Source: Octopus vulgaris | Lineage: Eukaryota | DNA length: 64,000 nucleotides | Assembly: GCA_951406725.2 (NCBI GenBank) | Contig: OX597814.1 | Location: 208,010,001-208,074,000, forward strand | Direction: 5' to 3' | Shown here: positions 13,801 to 26,900 of the stretch, one piece after another | Position numbering within the stretch: the stretch's first letter is position 1 | Layout of the letters: every line of letters starts with the position of its first letter | Notes under the pieces: model-generated | Database searches by the model: none | The model's input: only the letters and a program-made list of their open reading frames with translations | Told to the model about the DNA's origin: nothing | Translations under genes and position numbers: made by a program

Positions 13801-16800
13801 GTGGATGTATAGTCAATTAAATTGTCCCTCAGAATTTGTAAGGATGAAAAGTAAAATCGACTTTGAAAGGATTTCAACTCAGAACAAAATGCAACAAATC
13901 TAAATACTCTAAAGTATTCTATCCAATGTTCTAATGATTCTACAACCCTTTGGCAAAGGGAGATAATCACCTAGTGTTTACCATTATAGTAAGCCATTTC
14001 CCCCTCCATGTTTTGAAGAGATCTTAGGCCAGCAGTGTTTGGGGTCTGAAGATACGCCATAAGGCTAAACACCTTATGTGTGAGAAACCCAGGGTAACTC
14101 CATAAACCGGCCTTCCCACCGCACACATATATAAAAAAATATGGAAAAAAGTGAAAGGGGTATATATAAATATATATGTATATATATAAATACACACGTA
14201 AAAAGCACCATCCGTACGTGGCCGATGCCAGCGCCGCCTTGACTGGCTTCCGTGCTGGTGGCACGTAAAAGGCACCAACCGTTCGTGGCTGTTGCCAGCC
14301 TACCCTGGCACCTGTGCCGGTGGCACATAAAAAGCACCATCCGTACATGGTCGATGCCAGCGCCGCCTTGACTGGCTTCCGTGCTGGTAACACGTAAAAG
14401 GCACCAACCGTTCGTGGCCATTGCCAGCCTACCCTGGCACCTGTGTCGGTGGCACGTAAAAAGCACCATCCGTACATGGCCGATGCCAGCACCTCCTTGA
14501 CTGGCTTCCATGCCAGTGGCACATAAAAAGCATCAACCGTTCATGGCTGTTGCCAGCCTACCCTGGCACATGTGCCGGTGGCACGTAAAAAGCACCATCC
14601 GTATGTGGCAGATGCCAGCACTGCCTTGACTGGCTTCCGTGCCGGTGGCACATAAAAAGCACCAACCGATCATGGCCGTTGCCAGCCTCCCCTGGCACGT
14701 AAAAAGCTCCCACTACACTCACGGAGTGGTTGGCATTAGGAAGGGCATCCAGCTGTAGAAACACTGCCAGATCAGACTGGAGCCTGGTGCAGCCTCCTGG
14801 TTTCCCAGACTCCGGTCGAACCATCCAACCCATGCTAGCATGGAAAACGGACGTTAAACGATGATGATGATATATATATGCTTTGCTGGATGTGCAGTGT
14901 CAGTGTGCATGTTCAAGAGAGTGTAAGCATCTTGAGAGAAAAGTTGGGCATAAGGGGCATCAAATATGGTGTACAAGGGAGACAACTGTGCTGGTATAGT
15001 CTCGTGATGCATATGGACAAAGACAATCATGTAAAGAAGTGCTGATTTCAAACTGTAGGGGAAACCTGTAGTAGAGGTAGACCCAGGAAGACACAGGGTG
15101 AAGTGGTGAAGCATGATCTTCTAACTTTTGGCCTCACAGAGACAATGATTAGTGACTGAGACCTTTGGCGATGTGCTGTGTTTGAGAAGACCCGTCAAGC
15201 CAAGTGAAATCATAGTCATGGTCAATGCTGGTGTCACATAACTGGCACCTGTGCTGGTGGCACGTAAAGAGCACCTTTCAAGTGTTGGACCTCATGGAGG
15301 CAAAGTGGCATGTGACAAGCTCCTTTCAAGTGTTGGATCTCACGGAAGCAATGACAAATGACTGAGACCTTTTGCATTATGTCATGCTTGAGAAGAAGAC
15401 CCTTCAAGCCAAGTAAAATCGCAGTCGTGGAAGATACTAATGTCATGCAAATGGCACCTGTGCCAGTGGGACGTAAAAGAGCCCATTACACTCTCAGAGT
15501 GGTTGACGATAGGAAGGACATCCAGCTGTAGAAACCATGCCAAATCATAATGGAGTCTGGTGCAGCCTTCCAGCTTGCCAGTCTTGGTCAAACCGTCCAA
15601 CCCATGACAGCTTGGACAACAGACGTTAAATGACGACAACGATGATTATGATGATGATGATGATGATGATGATGATAATGATGATGATGGTGGTGGTGAT
15701 GATGATAATGATGATGATGATGATGATGATGATAATGATGATGATATATATATATACACATACATACATACATATATATATCGAACCGATCGTGACCGAT
15801 GCCGGACCCCCCGGCCCCTGTGCAGGTGGCACGTAAAAAGCACCCAATCCACTCACGGAGTGGTTGGCGTTAGGAAGGGCATCCAGCCGTAGAAACTCTG
15901 CCAGAATCAGACTGGAGCCTGGAGCGGCCCCTGGCTTCCCAGACCCCGGTCGAACCGTCCAACCCGTGCTAGTGCGGAAAACGGACGTTAAACGATGATG
16001 ATGATGATGATGATGATGATATATATATGCTAATATTGAACAGTGAGAATGAGCACTCAACACTGCACTGGTGGATAAATATTCTTTATTTGTTGGGTTA
16101 AAAAGGCTGCCTTTAGTTTCATGCCAAGCATTCTCAGCAATTATCAAGCCTGCCACATGGGACATTGGTACTTGTCTCTATCTTGGATGAGAATACAATA
16201 AAGCCACAGTCTCATGTAACTTCACTGTATCCTCATCCAAGATCGAGACAAGTACCAATGTCCCATGTGACAGATATAATTGCTGAGAATACACAGCATG
16301 AAACCAAAGTTAGCTTTGTTAACCAAGAAAAAAAAATGTGTTTAAGTATATATATAAATATATATATATATCATCATCATCATTATTGTTTAACGTCTGT
16401 TTTTCATGCTGGCATGGGTTGGACAGTTCAACTGGGGTCTGGGAAGCCAAAAGACTGCACCAGGCTCCAGTCTGATCTAGCAGTGTTTCTACAGTTGGAT
16501 GTCCTTCCTAATGCCAACCACTCCATGAGTGTAGTGGGTGCTTTTTTACATGCCACCAGCACAGGGGCCGGAGGGGGTTGGCATCGACCATGATCAGATG
16601 GTGCTTCTTACATACCACTGGCACAGAAGCCAGTCAAGGCGGCACTGGCATCAGTCACATTCGGGTGTTGCTTTTTACATGCCACCGGCACAGGGATCGC
16701 AACTACAGTTTCCATTTGAATGTGATTTAATTTGATTTTGATGTACTTGACTCATAGGTCCCCTCAAGCACGGCATGCTGCCCGACAATCCAAGGAACTT

Positions 16801-19800
16801 TTGAGTGGGCTGGTTATGCAACACTGGTGTAGGTTACAGCTGTGAACTCACTTTATTTGCCAGGTATGTATGTATGTTATGTATGTATGTTGGTTATATT
16901 TTTAGTTTCTACATGTTTTACCATTATGGTTGATTGGAACCCTGTAAGGGCTGTTCCAAGTGCACTGGGATGCTTAACTAGAACAGATCATCAGGGAACA
17001 CTTTATTGCATTATGTTACAGAAACCTAATTTCTATGTGGAGCTCTAAACATAACAGCAACAGTCATGCATCTATTTGTACACACACACACACACAAACA
17101 CAAACACACATTTATAAATAGGAAAAAGAAAGAAATTAACAATCCAACTATTTTCCATCAATGCTTGCTGCTGCTACTACTGCTACTACTACTACTACTA
17201 CTACTACTACTAGATACGTTAATGATGCGTTTTCACATTCCAGCATTAACTGAATTTTTTTTGCCAGGACGCATTGTTGTAACTTTGTCTTCGTCCTTGG
17301 TCAATACACTTTCTGTTAACGAATAGCATCATTTCACATAGAATCCTGGATAAGAACTGACCAATGACCAAATAACAAAAACAACAAGAACTTCAGCATC
17401 ACTCCCACCCTGTCAACACTCCTCTCCAATATTGCATAATGATTCAATCATCATGCAATATAGTTGCACCAGATGCCGCACCAATTACCTCTTCCATCAG
17501 ATTGAGCACTAAACACATCCTCAATCATCAGTCCTTCTCCAGAATTGCACCCTCTCAAGAATTCCTTCCCTGGTATTGTTTTCCTGAGAGAAATCACAAT
17601 CACAATCAAAATCAAAATCAAATTCACTGACTGGCGTCCGTGCTAGCAGGGTGCAAAGAGCACCATATGAGTGTGATCGACAGAGTGGCTAACCAGCTTC
17701 AGTGCCAGTGGCACTTAAAAGGTACCATTCAAGCGTGATCGTTACCAGCATTGCCTTACTGGCACTCGAGCCCTGTGCTAGTAGGGTATTAAGAGCACCA
17801 TCCGAGCATGATCGTTGCTAGAGCGGTTATCTGGCCTCCATGCTGGTGGCACGTAAGAGACACCATTTGAGCATGATCGTTACCAGCATCGCCTTACTGG
17901 CACCTGTGCCGGTGGCATGTGTAAAAAGATTTGAGCGAAGTTGTTGCCGGTACCACCTGACTGGCCCAATGTTGGTAGCACGTAAAAGCACCCACTACAC
18001 TCTCAGAGTGGTTGGCGTTACGAAGGGCATCCAGCTGTAGAAACTCTGCCAGATCAATATTGAAGCTTGATGCAGCCATCTGGTTCGCCAGCCCTCAGTC
18101 ATTCGTCCAACCCATGCTAGCATGGAAAGCAGACGTTAAACAATGATGATGACGATGATGATGATGATGATAGACATCAAATTGCAGATGTTCAAACAAA
18201 ACATCAACTACATGAAGTGCCTCTTCTTTATATTACTTTCTATTATATGGTATATTTTGGTATATTTTAACTGGTGAACTAGCAGAATTGTTAGTAAACT
18301 GAACAAGAATGATTAGTGGCATTTCTTTTGGTTTTATGTTCTGAGTTCAAATTATGTCAAAGACACTCTTGCTTTTCATCCTCTCTGGGTCAATAAAATA
18401 AGTATCAGTCAAGTACTAGGGTTGATGTAATTAACTACCAAATTTTAGGCCTTGTGCCTGTACTAGAAAGGATTTCTGTGAATTTCTTTCATTTTCACTT
18501 CTTCCCTTTCCTTTAGTTTTTATAAAAATTCTTTTTGAACAACATGTAATGATCATGGAGCACTATTTCTTCTCCTATTCTGATAACAAATTTAAAAAAC
18601 TAAAAACGTGTAGAATCCAAGGTGTACGTACGGCTGTTGGGTTGTTTCCATTAGACAGAATGTCTAATAGATCAACGGGAGAGACAAAATAGAAGCGAGG
18701 AAAAGCCAGTCTCTTTGTTTCTAAGTATTCTGCCAAAGCCTTCTCACACTTCACCAGTTCTGACTGGATTTTCTCCAAGCGTTCATATAAATTGGGACAA
18801 CTTGTTGCTTGAATTACATTCTTTGTGACTTCAACTTCAGAAACAATTTGCTAAATAATAAAAAGATATAAAACAAGAAAACCAATTTAACAAGGGCTGA
18901 ATAGTAACAGACAAGATTTGAACAAGGAACCTTTATTTAACCCTTTAGCATTTAAACCGGCCATATCCAGCCCAAATGTTCTACTTCTTTTATGTTCAAG
19001 CCATCTAGATCTGGCCTCTCACTCATATCCTACAATGACATCCTCAAAATAAAGCATCACATCATCAAATTCTCAGAGCTACAAGATAATGCAGGATTAA
19101 TTCAAAACAATGTGAATGAAAAAGCATTATATTTGACAGAGTGGAGGCGCAATGGCCCAGTGGTTAGGGCAGCGGACTCGCGGTCGTAGGATCGTGGTTT
19201 CGATTCCCAGACCGGGCGTTGTGAGTGTTTATTGGGCGAAAACACCTAAAAGCACCACGAGGCTCCGGCAGGGGATGGTGGTGATCCCTGCTGTACTCTT
19301 TCACCACAACTTTCTCTCACTCTTACTTCCTGTTTCTGTTGTACCTGTATTTCAAAGGGCCGGCCTTGTCACTCTCTGTGTCACGCTGAATATCCCCGAG
19401 AACTGCGTTAAGGGTACACGTGTCTGTGGAGTGCTCAGCCACTTACACGTTAATTTCACAAGCAGGCTGTTCCGTCGATCGGATCAACCAGAACCCTCGT
19501 CGTCGTAATCGACGGAGTGCTTCCATTCCATATTTGACAGAGTAATCTGAACACTAAAGGGTTAATAACAATGGGTAAGGCCACAGATCCATATTCTCTT
19601 CTTCAGAAGGTCTTTTGGCCATTGCAGCTCTCATATAAGTAATTGATTATATCATGCTTTTGAAACCTAGTGTCCAGCTTATACAGGTAGAAGAGCTTTC
19701 ACTTGAAGATTTCAAATAAGAAAAGATAAAGTAAATATAGCATTTATACCTTAAAATCAGAATCGATGTTGTCAAATCTCTCAGAGTCTTTTGGCAGTTG

Positions 19801-22800
19801 TTTCCTAATATCTTCTGACCCAATGAAGATACTTTCAAGATGAGACCAAGTGCGTTGCACTTCCATCCAAATACTGATCACCTGGTCAGCAGTAGACAAT
19901 TTCATTTGCCAAGAAGTGACCTCACTTCGGAAGTAATCTATGAATTTCGATGTTAACATATTCTGCAACTGAACCTGTAAATTTCAATGCAAAGTATATT
20001 GAATTAAAGATAAAATGATAAAACAATTAATTAAAGGCACACTAAGTAGCAATGATTAAAATAAGATGTGTATGTTCATATTTAACATATTCATGTCATT
20101 CATAATAATTGTTTCTAGTTTAGGCCTATAGCATGACTGATATCCTCACTGTTTGAGAGACACATTAGGAATAATCTCGTGGTAGATTACAACCATCTTT
20201 GGCTAGTTTGACCCTGCTGTGTCCACTGCTCTGATTGGTTGGCATTTGGCGCAGTTTGTCTCTCGACTTATTTCGTACCAGTATTAAGCCAACCAATCAC
20301 GGCCTACGGATAAGGTCTCATGACACTGTTTTTCTGATCCTTCATTTGAGCCACCTAAACCCTATAAAAAGACCAGCATTCACTATTCCGGGTCTTTGGC
20401 TCTAGACCTTCTAAGGTCTAGTCATTGACCACTGAACTACTCAGTCATGTTCCAGTTCCAGCAAAAGACGACCGGCTTGCCAGCCAGCCATGCTCCTGCT
20501 TCAGCCATGATGATGCTAATGTACACCAGCAGTGTAGAACGTCTCCACCACTGTCGCCATTACCACCGTCAACTTCAAATATGTACACATTAACACCGTC
20601 CAGGTCTAAACTCCAAGATGTTTGTGAATATTTCACCGAGGAAAAACAATTGCAGTCTACCTGAAAGAACTTTCTGTATCAAGAGACTCAGCACATCATT
20701 GAAGCCCTAACTGCTGCATGACAGTTGCCCAACCGGCTTCTGCCTCGTGTCCTCAACATCTTGTTATAGAACTTGCTATCGTGTACCTCATGAACTGGTA
20801 AACAAATTCCATCTTAACTCAATATGCAGAGAAACGTATCTTATGCTCTGTATTCTGTTTTATACACATACACCACTGTCGCATACACGAACACACAGAC
20901 ACAACACCTTGCTAGCACTCACACACACTCTCTTTGTACACTTTGTAAATAAAGTCTTCTTCTCTCTCAAACAGTAGAATGGTTGTCGTCCTTCATTCAT
21001 TCCTTTTGGCACTGTATTTTATATCATGTATTTGGCTTCTTATTTTGTTAGGGGCGACTGTGCGGCGTTCAAAAGGAGACATTTGTCACCAACTCCTTAT
21101 GTACAGTCATATTCCTTACAGGCCCAAGTCAAGCAGTTTTGAGGAGAAAAGGCCATTAGATGTCAGTGACCCCAGTACTAGACTGGTACTGTACCTTATC
21201 ATCCCAGGATAGATGAAAGACAAAGCTGACTGTAGCAGGATTTAAACTCAGAATGTAAAGAGCTAGAACAAATACCACAAGGCATTCTTATATGGATGAA
21301 AAGCATGCAGATGATGATGATCAGTGTAGTGTGTGGGTCTGGTTTGACCCAGAAGGTTTTACGTAAAACATTTGGAAGAGTTTATAACATGCAGGTGTAA
21401 ACAGCATTAAGTCTTGTCTCTAGGTGTCTAGTGAATGTCCATGTAGCAGATCCATACAATAGAACTGATTGGAAGGAGCTTCTATTAAGATAACTCCCAG
21501 AAGACACTGAGGCTATCAAGAGTAGCCCATGCTTTTACAAGACAAATTTTTATATCATTTTCTGTGGATGTGATGTTGCTTCTTAATTATACAAAGGAAT
21601 TAATATATATTCCAGAAGGTTTTACTCGATCGTGTTTACTGAGCCCTCCTGAATGTAATAGATGTCTTCATAGAGGCACTAATATACAGACCATTATCTT
21701 GTGCTACTTTTACGAGGCCATGTACAAGGGAGGTAACTATGGCATGATTAGGCGGCGAGCTGGCAGAAACGTTACCACACCGGGTGAAATGCGTAGCCGT
21801 ATTTTGTCTGCTGCTACGTTCTGAGTTCAAATTCCGCCGAGGTCGACTTTGCCTTTCATCCTTTCGGGGTCGATAAATTAAGTACGAGTTACGCACTGGG
21901 GTCGATAAAATCGACTTAATCCGTTTGTCTGTCCTTGTTTGTCCTCTCTGTGTTTAGCCCCATGTGGGTAGTAAAGAAATAGGTAACTATGGCATGTTCT
22001 CTGTGAAGAGAACACGATCATCTGCATTATCTACGCCTGTTATTTATTATTGTGGCCGAGTGACAGCTATAATTTTGTTGGTGGTTGACTCTGACTTTCG
22101 TCCTTCTGGGGGTTGACAGCACAGCATAAATATTGGTCAAATACTTGGATTGGTTGAATGAATTGCACTCTCATTCTTAATTTGAGAGAGGGGCGAAATA
22201 CACATCATTTTAAACAAAATCAATAAAAATTAAAACAACAGAAACAAAATTATTCTAAGTACTTAAAAAAAAAACTTACTTGATTTTCTTCTAATGTTTC
22301 AATTAGTTCTTCACTGGCACGCAGTAGTGTAGTATTAGTAGAAGCATGTTTGTCATGGTCAAATTCCATAGCACCCCAAGTTTCATCCAGGTCTCCTAAA
22401 ACCTTCTCCATGCTCATTTCCTTCACTGCTTTGTCCACAATGGTTTTAGCTTCTTCTTCATAATTGTGTAAGTTCAACAGTAAAAGGTCAGCTAAAGTGC
22501 AAGTATCATCCATTACAAAACGTACCTGGTAAAAGAATTAAGAGTTAAGACAATAACAAGTTAAAAGGTAAAAGTACTTCAATCTCATACCAGATTCAGT
22601 GGTAAGTATTTTAGTAATTCATTATGCTAATTACTTGAGTTTTTCCGCATGCACTTCTGTGGGCAGCCCTTGAATTTGCTGCCTCTGCTCACCTATACAG
22701 GCTTATATAGCAGACTCAAAAGTGCTGTCCACATAAAAATACCACCCAGGCAAACCACCCCATTACTCTCCATCCAACTATATTACTGATACACTTATAT

Positions 22801-23341
22801 CTTTAAAGAAATCTTCAGAATAAGTATAACACTATGTATCTTTTAATTACAAATAGTGCCACTTGACTGGCTCCCATGCCAGTGGCGCATAATAAGCACC
22901 ATTCGAGCATGGTCGTTGCCAGTGTCACCTGACTGGCTCCTATGCCGGTGGCATGTAAAAAGCACCATTCGAATGTGATCATTGCCAGTGCCACCTGACT
23001 GGCTCCCTTGCTGGTGGCACGTAAAAAGCACCTACTACACTCTCGGAGTGGTTAGCACTATGAAGGACATCCAGCTGTAGAAACCTGCCAGATCAGACTG
23101 AAGCCTGGCACAGCCTTCTGGCTTGCCAGTCATCAATCAAACCATCCAACCCCTGCTGGCATGGAATGGACGTTAAATGACGAAGAAGAAGAAGAAGAAG
23201 AAGAAGAAGAAGAAGAAGAAGAAGAAGAAGAAGAAGAAGAAGAAGAAGAAGAAGAAGAAGAAGAAGAAGAAGAAGAAGAAGAAGAAGAAGAAGAAGAAGA
23301 AGAAGAAGAAGAAGAAGAAGAAGAAGAAGAAGAAGAAGAAG

Positions 23342-23372
<31 letters not shown>

Positions 23373-23878
23373 GATTATTGTTCAGATCTATATTTAAGAG
23401 ATGAGGAATTATGAACATTATTTACATTATTTACATTTGATGGATATTTGTCCTCATCTTGTTTGTTGTTAACATAACGTTTCAGCTGATATACCCTCCA
23501 GCCTTCATCAGGTGTCTTGGGGAAATTTCGAACCTGGGTTCTCATTCCTAAGGTATTGTGACCTTAATAATAATAACAACATCAAAAAAAAATACCTTAG
23601 GAATGAGAACCCAGGTTTGAAATTTCCCCAAGACACCTGATGAAGGATGGAAGGTATATCTCTTTTACTCTTTTATTTGTTTCAGTTATTTGACTGTGGC
23701 TATGCTGGAGCACTGCCTTTAATCGCGCAACTCGATCCCGGGACTTATTCTTTTGTAAGCCCAGTACTTATTCTATTGGTCTCTTTTGCCGAACCGCTAA
23801 GTAACGGGAACATAAACACACCAGCATCGGTTGTCAAGCAATGCTAGGGGGACAAACACAGATACACAAACACACACA

Positions 23879-23934
<56 letters not shown>

Positions 23935-26900
23935 TACACATATATACGACGGGCTTCTTTCAGTTTCCGTCTACCAAATCCACTCACAAAGGCTTTGGTC
24001 GGCCCGAGGCTATAGTAGAAGACACCTGCCCAAGGTGCCATGCAGTGGGACTGAACCCGGAACCATGTGGTTGGTAAACAAGCTATTTACCACACAGCCA
24101 CTCCTGCGCCTATATCAGCCGAAACGTTGTGTTAACAACAAACAAGACGGGGACAGATATCCGTCAAATGTAAATAATGTAAATAGTGTGATTATTGTTG
24201 TCGAAACAAAAACAAGTCCTTACATTTGTGGCCTGCATCAGCTGCTGCCAGTGGCGATCGCGTATGGCTTTGTTCTGCAGTTCTCCGACAGCACGAAGAG
24301 ACGTGAGCATGTTTTTAACTGTGCTTTCCGCTCCGCTATACACATCCCATGCTCGCATCTCCTTATCTAACTGGCGGATGTCTTTAGAAAACAGTTTGCA
24401 GTCAATGTCCATTTGGTCAACGTCAATGTCCAACCATAGCGTCGTCTTCCAGTGGTCGATGCTGCTTTGAATTACTGTTATATAGTCCCAGAGGTGCTTC
24501 AGCAAACATAACTCTTTGCGGCATTGTTTCAACTGCTTGAAATCAGGGATGCTAACTTCAAACAGGCTGGCTGACGCTTGCAAGTTAGTCATCTCCATCT
24601 CCATTTTATGAATCTCTTCATGATACTTTTAAACGAAAATTTCGAAAAAAAAAAAAGAAAGAAAAAAAAAGAAGAAAAAAAACAGTAATAATAAAATTAT
24701 TAATGATTTTTAATGTAAGTACAAGAACACAATTTTGGATAGTTGGGGTGGGATTAAAACAAGTAAGTCAACTATAGTACTTGACTGGTACTTTATTCCC
24801 TACAGGCCCAAGTCAAGCAGTTTTGAGGAGAAAGGGTCATTAGATGTCAGTGACCCCAGTACTAGACTGGTACTGTACCTTATCATCCCTGGATAGATGA
24901 AAGACAAGGCTAACTGTAGCAGGATTTAAACTCAGAATGTAAAGAGCTAGAACAAGTACTACAAAGCATTCCTGTATAGATGAAATGCATGCAGATGATA
25001 ATGAAAAGCAGAACTGACCTTCGCAGGATTTGAACTCAGAATGTAAAGAGTCAGATTAAATACCACAAGGCATTTTGTTTGTTGCTCTAACAATTCAGCC
25101 AGTCAATACAAATAGTGGTGCTTTCTTTATATGCCACTGGGACCCAATCATACATACAAAGACATACATAAACATAGGGATTACAAGTGAGGCTGGATAG
25201 AAGCAATGTTACATAAAAACAGAAAGTATAAAGACATAGAATATACATGACTACTGACCGAGACCTTTGGAAGTATGCGGTGCATGAGAAGACCCAGCAG
25301 GACAAGTGAGGCTATAACCCATGGCCTCTACCTTTCCTTCTTGGGACACAAAACTCTCCTTGCGATGACTTGTTGAGGCAAGTGAAATCGGAATCGAAAT
25401 CGAAATCGCTCAAAACTCAATGGAAATTGTAGTTGTGATACCAGTGCCTGTGGCATGTAAAAGAACTATCCAAACGTGGCCATTGCCAGCGCCGCCCCGA
25501 CTGGCCCCCGTGCCGGTGGCATGTAAAAAGCACCAACCGATCATGGCCGTTGCCAGCCTTGCCTGGCACCGTGCTGGTGGAATGTAAAAAGCACCCACTA
25601 CACTCACGGAGTGGTTGGCGGTAGGAAGGGCATCCAGCTGTAGAAACACTGTCAGATTCAGACTGGGCCTGCTGCAGCCTCCTGGCTTCCCAGACCCTAG
25701 TCGAACCATCCAACCCATGCTAGCATGGAAAGTGGACGTTAAACGATGATGATGATGATGATGATGATGATAGGGATATGTTGAAAATTTGATGTAAACG
25801 AAACACATCAGTTAAACAGATTATTAAGTAAAAAGACACACTAATAAAAAAAAAGATGAAATTTTAAAAAGATGATGAACAGACAGAGTAATCCATCCAC
25901 ACGTGGGTTAGAACTTGCGGCGAGCTGACAGAATCGTTAACACGCCAGGCGAAATGCTTAGCTGTATTTCATCTGCCGTTACATTCTGAGTTCAAATTCC
26001 GCCGAGGTCAACTTTGCCTTTCATCCTTTCAGGGTCGATTAAATAAGTACCAGTTACGCACTGGGGTCGATATAATCGACTTGATCCGTGTGTCTGTCCT
26101 TGTTTGCCTCCTCTGTGTTTAGCCCCTTGTGGGCAGTAAAAAAATAGATTAGGTCAAAGTACTCACTCAGCCTGCTTGGCATTCATACTAGAATCAGATG
26201 CACCCAATGGCATTTATAAGCACTGTTTTGCATTAGCTATGATAAAAGACATCTATGTCGTATGAGTATTGTTGTTTTATATTGGGAGAGATCCTTGATA
26301 TGATCTTCACCAATGTCCTGTCTTTTGCCTGTCTCTAAAAAAAACCAATGTCTTCACTGTGAGACTATTATGGCATTTCAGTGGGTCTTTGAAAGATTGC
26401 CTGATATGATCACATATCCACAACTCCCAGTCTAAAACTATTCTTCAGGACACAGTTGAAGGAGAGTGAAAGAGGAGCAGATAGGAAATCCTGGTCTGAC
26501 AACATTAAGGGCTGGACAGGTCTCAATACTGCAACTCTGTAACGCATAACAGAACAGAGATTGATGGCAATGAGCTGACTGCAAAAGCATCTAACGTAAC
26601 ACCCCAACGACTGGCTGCACCAGTGAAGGGAATTTGATGATGATGATGGTAATGAGTAAATTATTCTAAAATCTTCTTTATACTTCATCGTCGTCGTCGC
26701 CGTCATTGTCGTTGTCATCATCATTGTCGTTGTCGTCGTCAGTGTCGTCGTCGTCATCGTCATTGTTGTTGTCGTCATCATTGTCGTCATCGTCGTCGTT
26801 GTCATCGTTGTCATCATCATTGTCGTTGTCATCGTCATTGTTGTTGTCGTCATCGTCATCATTGTCATCGTCGTCATCATCATTGTCGTTGTCATCGTCG

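Larger units (their letters stand above)
23383..24187. mobile_element. Palindromic Penelope-like non-autonomous element with hammerhead motifs, interrupted by a SINE
   Basis: 12-bp TSD gtgattattgtt (23371-23382, 24188-24199); left arm 23419-23557 is reverse-complementary to 23591-23660 plus 24117-24185. Confidence 0.75.

Noticed and set aside
14196-14712. CRISPR array (conserved repeat with variable spacers)
   Set aside because: The apparent spacers are homologous to each other and alternate A/B. There are no cas genes, the context is a eukaryotic intron, and the array is part of a dispersed retroelement.
19143-19215. tRNA gene
   Set aside because: It has A and B boxes but no proper acceptor stem or terminator, and it continues into a TSD-flanked SINE body. 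The same applies at 5515, 28760, 30520 and 60873.
23161-23418. Poly-E, poly-K and poly-F ORFs
   Set aside because: These are the (GAA)63 microsatellite.
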